Assembly (NCBI RefSeq): GCF_009914755.1
Contig: NC_060928.1
Source: the human T2T-CHM13v2.0 reference genome, Homo sapiens
DNA: 64,000 nt
Strand: one strand, 5' to 3'
The notes under the pieces were generated by a model that was given only the letters and a program-made list of their open reading frames with translations, ran no database searches and had not been told where the DNA came from. A program made the translations under genes and the position numbers. The number at the start of each line of letters is the position of its first letter. Position 1 is the first letter of the stretch. Positions 1 to 10,625 of this stretch are shown in pieces.

Positions 1-3000
1 TGCATCCTAGTTCCTTTGACATAATCCCTTATTTTATTTTTGACCACTTCCTTTCTACTATCTTCCAATAATTTATTTTCAAAGAATAAAAAAGTAATAA
101 AAACTGAAAAATACTTAGGCTTTTCTAACACTGTGCCCTTTATGAAAGTAAAACATTTGTCATTGGTTTCAATTACTAGCTACAGCAAGATGTCTGGGGA
201 TGCGATTTAATTGGGTTAAGATGCTCTGGATGTTTTTGTTCAGTCTAGCTCAAGGCTGGCTGGTACTTTCTGAATTTCCCAAGACCAGTGTACATATTTT
301 ATAAAACTTTTTAATTCTATTACGGACACCAATAGTATCTGCCACAAAATGAGCAAATGTATCTAAATATGACCTCTTTTACAGTAATGTGCATGTCTAT
401 CTTTATACCTAAAATTACTATTATTAGTTGCACTATTCTTAGGGAAAAAATATGGTCCCAAAATATTTCTGTTTTGCCAATTAGAGGTGAATGGTACCTG
501 AGGCACATATAATAGATAAGTTATTTGTTACAATGGATGATGGGAAATTTCAAAGTGAATCAGATGGCAGAAGCACATATGGTCGATATTTTTACATTTT
601 TTTGTTCTTTCTAGTATTGTCACAGTTCATAACATATGAATATGCTTAGGAGCTAAAGGATAAGCCATTATCCTGATACATATATTTGAATCTTTGTAAT
701 ATGTATTTTAATATAGAGAGGACTCCCTGAATGTATGACTTAGAAAATACAATATAATACCTATAATTAACTTAAAAAGCAATATTTGTCACACTTACTG
801 ATATCTCAAATTTTTATAAATTTAGCAGGGTTTCTGTCAAACTGTATGGTTACCTATGTTAACATCACACAATATGTTCGGAATAGACCTTTCTCTCATA
901 ACATTTTACTTAGCCAAATGGTTTGGTTAATATTAACATCAACCAATTCCAGATGTCAACAATTAAGTTCAATCCAACAAAACATTTAGTCAGGCACTTT
1001 CCTCTGACTGAGAATAAGAAGACTTTACATAAACATATGTACTGGATTTTTAGTCTATCTTAAGATAAAATAGTTGTGTTTAGTGACTAAACATATCATT
1101 ACACAGATGCCTGATCCTCTTTTGCAGCTGTTCTTGCTGTTTTGGTTCTACTTAGCCCCTTTCCTTATCTTTCTTTTGTGTGGCACTATATGGGGGGACA
1201 TCTGCAGATGAGGGTTTCTGGCTGATTTTGTAATGTGCCTGCAAAAAGCTAAGCTTGCATTGTAATGAGGTCAGGTTTCATTCTAAGCAAGGTCACACTC
1301 CAGGGTTGGTAGAACTCCAAGGAAAATCAAAGTGCTGACAGAAACATCTAAAAGGTGGTGATTCGGTAGGTGGCACTCTTTCCTCCACACAAATACCGAC
1401 GTTGGTGGTCAGGTTCAGGCTGTCTTTCAAAGTTAATTTACAACATGTCCTCTTTTGACCATTAGGGATTCTATTGTAGAGAGTTTTTTTTAGGGGGAGA
1501 GGGGTTGTTTGTAGTTTTCCTCAGAAAGCAAGGATGTTTCTTTTAATCCCTATGTCCCAGATAAACATGAGCTCTGTATTTTTGTTTTGCTTTGCTTATA
1601 ATTTCAACTTGATGAGCTAGGCTAACTGTGCAGTCACATATGCTGCCGAAAACCTTTACCCTGCTTGGAAAATGTTTCCTTATCTACATATGCGTTTTCT
1701 TCATTCTGATTATTTATGAAATTCTCACTTAGTCCCCAGAGTTGCATGAACCTCAAAATTAGCCTGCCCTGGAAAAACTTCAAATTCTAACAACAACCAA
1801 AAATATAAATACTGATTTCTCTGCTCTTTCTTCATGAGCCTGAAAAACACTACTCTTGGCTTTTATTAAACTGAATGTCAACCAGGGTCCAGAAGATGGA
1901 TTTATTAATGAATTAGTCTTTTTTCCAAAATGTTTTTTTCAAATGTAAAAATAAAACAAGAAAATAAAGCTGGTACTTTTTTTTTTTTTTTTTACAACAA
2001 AAACTAGGATGAAGATCATATAAATGAAGATTGAGCCATAAAGGTGAATGTGCTAGACAATGAGTCATGATTTAATGTTAATTGAAAAAGTTATGGTTTA
2101 TCCTATTGTTTTATTATCACATTTTCTTTAATTTTTTTTTTATTTTCTTGCGTACATTAGCCTTTCAGTGGCAATGTGACTTTTCTTTTGTTAAAATGTG
2201 TAAAGAGTGTCAGGTGTGACTGAACTCGGGATTAACAAAAGCAAAGGAGTGTAAGTAAATTCATTTGAGGTCCCATTAGTTCAACCTGAAAAGGTTTCCC
2301 AGTTATGATGGTTTGACATTTACTCAGTACCCATAGAATGTTATGCAGAAAAAAAAAAAAAAAAAGAAAGAAAGAAAATCTCGCCCACTTTCAGGCACAC
2401 ACGCACACAAATGCATTCACAGACACAAACACAATGTAGGATTCTATTGAGTCGAATCAACTTGATCAGCTCTAAATAGAAATAAAAGACTCAATTTCCA
2501 AAGGCTGTGACAATGATATAAACCATCTACTTCCTCTAGTAATGTTGTTTGAACCCCTTCAATAGCTTCATTTGGACCTATACGAATCCTCCCACCTATT
2601 AAGCTTTGACACACCAACCAGTGCCAACCATAAACCCCAGTTACAAAATTATATGATCTGCAAATCTCCCTAAACTCCTTTGGCTCCTAGTCCTAGAACA
2701 ATACTGTGCTGTATGTAGTATTAATTGTTTCTGATGACAGGGATAATTTTAGAGAGCGCTTGGCTGGCTTCTCTGGTCTCCTTATTTGCACTTCTTTGTG
2801 ACAAGTTTTGGAAGAAGCCAGGCATAGATGAATTCCCTGTAAAACTAACCTCCAATCCTGAGGTCATTTGCCTTGATGGGAATCCTGCATTCTTTTTCTT
2901 AAACAGGTCAGAAAATGCAAAGCAAGATTTAGCCTGCATTGTTTGTGTTTGATTCTATATTGTTTCAATCATCTTTTTTGGATCCTGTGATATAAAGATT

Positions 3001-3599
3001 TTAAACAAATCTTGACTGCAAATAAAAAATAACCACCGCTGTTTGAAGCTGGCATGGATTTAAAAAGTCATACCTGTGTATAGTGAGACACATGATTACA
3101 TAGAAGTATAATGAATTGTCACCTCCATGCCCCCTGGAATTTTACAAAATCTTCATCTATGGGTCATGCTTTTGTATATTCTCTTCTTTCTTACCAGATT
3201 GTCATCCCTTAAAGAACCTTCCCTAATCTGCTTTGTCTACTAGCAAACTTTAAAAATTCAGTGCAGACATTAACTCATTGGAGATATTTTAGTTTACTTC
3301 CCACCAATGCAAATTGAGTTCATCTCTCTTTTCCCTATTCAATGACTGGACTTCATTAATTGAGCCTCTAGGGCCAATTAATTGGCCCTTCTAGGGCCCT
3401 TCTAGTTGCACACTTCTAGGGAGTGATGATTCTATATGTATGGTGCCTTTGATGTTTTACAAAGAAGCAGACCTTGCCTAGAAGCTACCACAATGCTTGC
3501 CACATAAAACCTACCCAGTAGACATTGATTGAACTGAATTTGTCTAATGTAAAACCAGGAATTGCAACCATGAAAATGCTAGAGTTCAAAAGAACTTCA

Positions 3600-3790
3600 G
3601 ATGTCCTTTAGCTTATTTGTTCACTTAGTTCATTTAGTTCAGGTGTCATTTATCCCCTTAATTTATAGAAGAGTAAAATACCCCCAAAGCCATGAATTGA
3701 CCAATTTATTTTGCACTGCTAGGTAGTGGCAGATTGACTTGGATTAGAACCCAATTTTTGTGTATCCATCCTTTCCACAGCAGCAAGCTG
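3600..3790. mobile_element. MIR SINE fragment (degraded)
   Basis: MIR-core-like phrases (attttatagaagag..., ctaggtagtggcaga..., ggattagaaccca); boundaries approximate. Confidence 0.45.
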
Positions 3791-5129
3791 CCTCCCAAAT
3801 CACTGAAATGGAAAGCTACTCTACCAGTAGGAAAATATTGACTTTATAAAATCCTGACCTTGGAAAGCATCCCTATGGAGAGACTCGCATTTCCTTCCAG
3901 TGTGTTGGATGACTATGACTATGACTCTAACTAAATTGAGCAATCTCTTTATCCATTTTGGTTCCCAGGTTAAATAGCACTTTGCACTCCTTTCCTCTTA
4001 AGATCACAGAGTTCTCTACAGGTACTAATTAGGCCTCATGACACTCCCCTGTGGAAATGATCTTATTATTATGACTCAGATGGTACTAAAGATATTTAAG
4101 GTGTTTAACCTAAAGTGAAGAAAAGGCACTAAAGTAGCCCAACCCCACGCTCCAGGTACTTACTGAAAGCACTCCAATGCCAAGAAGCTTGACAGCATGG
4201 CCTGAGGCAAGCTGAGGAAGAGGAAAAGCCTTGTCTATGGACATGTCTTCAAAGATACCATCCCACTCAACTGTCTACACCTGCTTCTTTTCCACCCCAT
4301 TTTAACTTGGCCTTCTTTAGACATTTTTTTCCCAGCGTTCTTTTTACCCCTTTGATTTCCAATATAAGACGCTCCTTTAGCAACCTCATGCTTAACTCTG
4401 ATAATTGGCTGCTGAAGAGCACAGACTGCAATGCTTTATGCACGTGTCTATTCTTTGGACAACTATTTTGGTTTGTCTTTAATTCTACAGTGCAGGGTAG
4501 AAATATATATGCTATGCCTTTTGTTTATCTAAACCAACTCTGATCTACTCCCAGCAGCTATCCTGCTTTGCTGCCACAGAATTTATTGTGTCATTTAGAA
4601 GTTTTTCTTTGCCACCTAGTGCATAGCAAAGTGCAAAGTTTCTGTTGTGGGAAGGGGTCCTCATGCAATTATGAACATTTATAGAGAACCCACAACTTTG
4701 GACCACCCTGGTTTTCGCTAAAATGGTCGCTGGTGTAATTCTCTTTAGTCTCTTGAGTGTAGGGGATATGCTGGCTTCTTAGGTGCCCTTGGGTATGGTC
4801 TTACTTGCTAAGGTAGGGAAAGGAGAGCCTTAGTCTAGCTAAGGTCTCCTGGTGTCAGAGGTCATTTAGCCTCAGTGTGATGTTAGAAGGGACTCTGGGA
4901 AGGTCTCATGACTCATAAAATCTGTGCTTTTTATAGTCTTTTGGGAAGCTCTCCTCACCTTCTTCTAGTGTCCAATTGCTTCTGTCTTCTCATCCCAAAT
5001 CTTTCTTTTTTTTCTGTAAGGACACCCTGAATAACCCCTTCTGAATGGGCTTCAGAAACCAAATTCTGTCCTTTCCTTCCTTTTGGGAAGATATGAAAAA
5101 TTAGATCATTGGTAATTTTCCCTTATCCA

Positions 5130-5278
5130 TTTCCCTCCCTCCGTCCCTCCCTCCATCCCTCCCTCTGTCCCTCCCTTCCTTCCTTCCTTCCTTCCTTCCT
5201 TCCTTCCTTCCTTCCTTCCTTCCCCTTGTTCCTTCCTGCCTGTCTGCCTGCCTGGGTCTTCATGCCTTCCTTCCTTCT
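5130..5278. repeat. (TCCC)n/(CCTT)n polypyrimidine microsatellite
   Basis: Directly visible; explains the spurious PSFL-repeat ORF 5109-5423. Confidence 0.95.
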
Positions 5279-5554
5279 CTATAAATGTACCTATTCTTTA
5301 ACTCCTTCATATATCTTAATAAACATATTACCAAACCTAGCTTCCATACTAACCTTATGCAATGCTGTTTCTCATTTCTTTAATTATTGCCATTTGCCTA
5401 AACTTGCCTTTCCTATCATTTGACCAGCAAACTCCTATTATTCCAACAAAATCAGGCTAGGCATCACTTCATTGAATCATTTAGTAAGTATTTAATAATG
5501 ATTCAATAATTCCAAACTCTAGAGACATTTTAGTAAAAAACAAAAAAAAGAATG

Positions 5555-6048
5555 TTTTTTAAAAATTTTGATTGACAATTATATGTATTTATGGGGTACA
5601 GTGTGATGTTTTGTCATATGTATACCTTGTAGAAAGATTAAATCAAGCTAATTAACATATCTATCACCTCACCTACATATATATTTTTAAATCTACTCTT
5701 AGTACTTTTGAAGTATATATTATTATTAATTACTGTCACCACTATGTAACAATAGATCATGAAAAGTTATTTCTCCAGTCTAACTGAAACTTTATAACCT
5801 TTGACGACCACTCCTTTTCCCATCCCACTCCCACCCCAAACCCTAGCTCCAGCCTTTAGTAACCACCATCCTACTGTCTGCCTTTATGAGTTCAACTTTT
5901 TGAGATTGCACATTTAAGTGAGAGCATATGGTATTTGTCTTTCTGTGCCTAACTTATTTCACTTAGCATTGTCAATCAACAGGTGCATGGGTTTTAAAAA
6001 TGTGGCATATATACACAGTGGAATACTATGCAGCCTTTAAAAAATGAA
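5555..6048 (-). mobile_element. L1MA 3' end, short, with 5' inversion
   Basis: Antisense L1MA 3'UTR (ttatggggtacagtgtgatg...aaatcaagctaattaacatatc) to ~5970, then a sense-oriented L1 segment (aaaatgtggcatatatacacagtggaatactat). Confidence 0.8.
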
Positions 6049-6316
6049 AAAAAATGCTTGTATGATGCTACCTTTCTTGCGAAGCATACTCTGCCATTTC
6101 TCAGCATTAATATATATCTTCTATTTTAGCAATGATGCTGGACCAAGGTGTATTATTGCACTATTAGGTTTTATTTTAATTATTGGTTTTCACATCTGTA
6201 TTTCCTGTATTTCTGAAAATTCTTGAGACTACTATTTGTATCATTGTGTTTTTATCTCTCCCCTCATTTCATAGTGTAGATTCTGGCATACATTACATGA
6301 TTATAAAATGTTTTTG

Positions 6317-6968
6317 AAACAGATGTTGGCATGGATGTGGAAAAAGGGTATTTTTATACACTGTTGGTGGGAATGTAGATTAGTACAACCTCTACAGAAA
6401 AGAGCGTGGAGATTTCTCAAAAAAACTTAAATATAGATCTACCATCAACCCAGCAATTCCACTACTGGGCATCTGCCCATAGGAACATTAAAAAAATTAT
6501 GGAAAAAAAAAGACACATGTACTCATTTATTACAGCACTATTAACAATAGCAAAGTCATGGAATCAACCTAAGTGTCCATCAGTGGATGACTGAATAAAG
6601 AAAATGTGGTATATATACACCACGGAATACTATCAGCCATAAAAAAGAATAAAATCATGTGCCTTTCAGCAACATGGATGGAGCTGGAGGCCATTATCCT
6701 ATGAAGTAACTCAAAAACAGAAAATCAAATACCACATGTTCTCACTTATAAGTGGGAGTTAAAAAAAAATGGGTACTCATGGACATAAAGACAGAAATAG
6801 GAAACATTGGATACTCCAAAAGGAGGGAGATCTGGAGGGGGATATTGGGTAAAATGTTCACTGTTTGGGTGCTTGGTATGTTAGAAGCCCAAACTTCACC
6901 ATTGCACAATATATCCATGTAACAAACCTGGATATGTACCCCATGAATCTAAAATTTAAAAAATAAAA
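6317..6968 (+). mobile_element. L1PB/L1MA 3' fragment (ORF2 C-terminus + 3'UTR)
   Basis: ORF 6406-6594 resembles the ORF2 C-terminus (FITALLTIAKSWNQPKCPS); 3'UTR gtaacaaacctg...aatctaaaa followed by A-rich tail. Confidence 0.9.
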
Positions 6969-7276
6969 TCAGTAAATGTTACCCCCCACAAAAAGTCCCA
7001 AATCTGCCCATCATAATACACAACAAACCCAATTTCATTATTATCTGAAACAATAAAACAAAAAGGCTTGTATAAACAATTTCATACAAAAGCAATAAAA
7101 AATATTTATTATTTAATATTTGAAAAGAAATGCTTGTTGAATTTTGATAATCTCAAATCTCTTGAGTGTCCACTCTACAAAAGTATTGTAATCATCCTTT
7201 TAGCAATTATAACAATAAGATAAATTAGATGTGATTTGATACTCTCTCTCAAAAAAAAAAAAAAATCCCTAACAAA

Positions 7277-7450
7277 GGAAATAGTGAGTTGCTGTTTAAT
7301 GAATATAGAATTTCAGTTTTGCAAGGTGAAAAAGTTCTGGATACTGACTGTACATCAGTATGAATACATTTAACATTACTAAACTATACTTTTAAAAATG
7401 AATAAGATGGTAAATTTCATGCTATGTGTACTTAATTACAATTTTTAGAA
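7277..7450 (+). mobile_element. L1MB 3'UTR fragment
   Basis: gagttgctgtttaatg...gaaaaagttctgga...aagatggtaaattt matches the recalled L1MB 3' end. Confidence 0.7.
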
Positions 7451-7952
7451 AAACAGTCTACTAGACATATGTTTTGTTTAAATTTGATAGTAATATTAAA
7501 TAAAAAGTGAAAATTCTCCTAAGAGATACACTAATCTAACTGCAATTTAAAAAATGGAAAAGAAAACAAGAAAAGTCCGTCTGTTTTTCCTCCAGAGAAC
7601 TTGCCAACTCCAGGCCAAAAGAGTTGAGTTTCTTTTGTGGAAAATCATTGGAATTTTTCCCAAAAAGTAACAGAATTTGTGGGGAAAGAAAAACAAGTTA
7701 ATATTGTTTGACTTTGAGTTAGCTAAAATCTGGAAGGACTTCCTAGGTGAATTTGTCTGGCAGATAGAGAGAAGGTTAGGACACAGGTCTGGATGAAAGA
7801 TAGTGACTGAAAATTCACTCCCAACAAGGCTGAGGATCCAATGACAGTGTAATATGTTTAAGAGGAAAGAGGGCAGGAGAAGGAAAATAGAGAAAGCTGA
7901 GGACTAGCCTAGGAAAAAAACTAAGAACATAAGAAGAAAATAAAACGTATTA

Positions 7953-8387
<435 letters not shown>

Positions 8388-8706
8388 CTAATAATAAGCA
8401 CTAGCATTTATATGATGCATTACAATTTACAATGTTGGTCCTGAGAGCATTCCTGTGAGGAAAGAATCTATTCTTTTCATTTTGCAAAATAAAACAAAAT
8501 AAAAACACAATTTAAATAAGCTACCAAATGGGTAAAGGAAAGAAACCATGTTTCTAACACAAATTCCCATTCTCTCTCCTTCTATTTATTTGTTTGTTTG
8601 CTTATTTATTTTGTAGCTCTGGACACCTTAGAAACACTGATAGCTTATTATGCTAGTTATGTGAAAAAAGTAGCCTCAATGATCAGAAAAAAGACATTGT
8701 ATTTTA

Positions 8707-8788
8707 TTAGGTTGGTGCAAAAGTAATTGCAGTTTATGCCTTTTTTTTAAGTAATGGGAAAACTGCAATTACTTTTGCACCAACCTAA
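8707..8788. mobile_element. MADE1 (Hsmar1-derived MITE)
   Basis: ttaggttggtgcaaaagtaattgcag...ctgcaattacttttgcaccaacctaa inverted repeats, ~80 bp, TA at the left flank. Confidence 0.95.
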
Positions 8789-9278
8789 TTGACAAAAATA
8801 ATTGCATATACTTATTAATATTTTGTTAATCTATACATTGTAGAACAACTGAATCAAGCTGAGTAGCATATTCAACACCTCATATAGTTCCTTTGTGTGT
8901 GTGTGGTGAAGACATTTAAAATCTACTGCCTTAGCAATTTTCAAATATACAAACACTGCTGTTACTCATAGTCAGCATATTGACAATAGTTCTCTTTAAT
9001 ATATGCCTCCTAGGGTTTTTTATTCTTTGACTGTCTCCCTAATTTCCACTCCCAGATCCTTGCAACCTATCTTCACTCTGTTTTTTATAGATTCCACATA
9101 TGAGTGAGATTGTGTGATATTTGTTTTTCTGTGCCTGATTATTTCATTTACCATAATATCTTTGAGGTTCATCTATGTTGTTGCAAATAACAGGATTTCC
9201 TTCTTGTTTAGGACTCAGTAGCATTCCATTGTTTATATGTACCACATTTTCTTTATCCACTCATCTATTGATGGACAC
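8789..9278 (-). mobile_element. L1MA 3' part (host of HERV-L), left piece
   Basis: Antisense L1 3'UTR/ORF2 end, stops at ...gatggacac and resumes ttaggttgtttcc after 15825. Confidence 0.9.
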
Positions 9279-9733
9279 TGTATTAGGGTTCTCTAGAGGT
9301 ACAGTACTAATATATATATATATATATGAATATATATATATATGAAGGGGAGCTTATTAAGTATCAACTCACATGATCACAGGGTCCCACAATAGGCCAT
9401 CTGCAGGCTGAAGAGAAAGGAGAGCCTGTCTGAGTTCCAAAACTGAAGAACTTGGAGTCCAATGTTCAAGGGCAGGAAGTACCCAGCATGGGAGAAAGAT
9501 GTAGTCTTGGGAGGCTAGGCCAGTCTCCCTTTTCATATTTTCTGCCTGTTTATATTCTAGCCACACTAACAGTTGATTAGATTGTGCCCACCCAGATTAT
9601 GGGTGGGTCTGCCTATCTCAGCCCACTGACTCAAATGTTAATCTCTTTTAGCAACACCCTCACAGACACACTGAGGATCAATATTTTGTATCCTTCAACC
9701 CAATCAAGTTGACACTCAGTATTAACCATCATA
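9279..9733 (-). mobile_element. MLT2A (probably MLT2A1) 3' LTR of HERV-L
   Basis: tgtattagggttctctagagg...attaaccatcata with internal (TA)n; direct repeat of 15375-15820; adjacent PPT-like ttgacaagaggtggact on the minus strand. Confidence 0.95.
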
Positions 9734-10273
9734 AGTCCACCTCTTGTCAACTGGAACTCATACACACCTGAGATAATACATAATTTTCACCTAAAGACAA
9801 TAATAATATCATAATTAGGCCTAACATAATACAACTATCATTCATACAACCGGAAACGCACCAATCCCCAACCCAAATACTATCACATAAAGTTAACAAT
9901 ACTTAAAGGCTGATGTGAAGTCAATAAGTCTTATATCACATGATAAAGGAGAAAGGAAATAAAATGAAGATATTTTCTTAGTACAAGTGTATAATGCACA
10001 AACATGTTGTTAACAATTACAGTGACATGCCAATTTCATGTCATACCAATTACATGTCATGTCAATTACATGTCATGACAATTACAGTCCTCATTTCTGC
10101 AGCTGGTCACATGGTCATAGCTGGTATTGATGATTTCCTTCTTCCACTACCTATTCTGTATTCCCTTTGCCTTCAACAAGCACCTCAGCAGGTCGTGGTC
10201 TTTTTCCTGGTGGAGTGACCCAAACCTTCATTCCTGAAGGGTCTGGGTCATTTGCAGTCCTGCTTGGATTGGA

Positions 10274-10620
10274 CTATTGCAGTTTCTCATTGACCTTAAT
10301 CACAAGGCATGGTAATACTAAGAAACGCCCTAATGGATATCCTGTATTCCATGCATACTCTTCCTTACCTCCGTTGTGGAGTAGTAGAATGATTTCATCT
10401 TGATAGTCCGGGTGAATCACCCCAATCAACACTGTAACTTCCTTTTTAGCCTGTTGACTTAAAGGTAGGAGGAGCCCAAAGTGTCCAGATGGCAATCTTA
10501 ACTTATAGTTTAATGGAATCGTTGTTTCTCCTGGTGGCAGTATTCCTCCCTCTGGAACTAAGATCTCCAGGCCAGGAGAACATAACGTTTCAGGAACAGG
10601 AAGCAAAAATTTTGCTAGTG
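10274..10620 (-). pseudogene. HERV-L dUTPase-like region
   Basis: ORF 10274-10663: LRLPSGHFGLLLP...GVIHPDYQDEIILLLHNGG (dUTPase motif 3 GVIDxDYxGEI-like, degenerate); position after integrase is typical of ERV-L. Confidence 0.85.
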
Positions 10621-10625
10621 AATCT

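Noticed and set aside
3370-3420. Palindrome agggccaatttaattggccct
   Set aside because: Short isolated inverted repeat; cannot be assigned and is compatible with a decayed DNA transposon or chance
4620-5070. Possible old LTR fragment
   Set aside because: Composition is suggestive, but I could not recognise termini, a TSD or a family
9734-10273. env gene
   Set aside because: Too short and no ORF; ERV-L elements lack env
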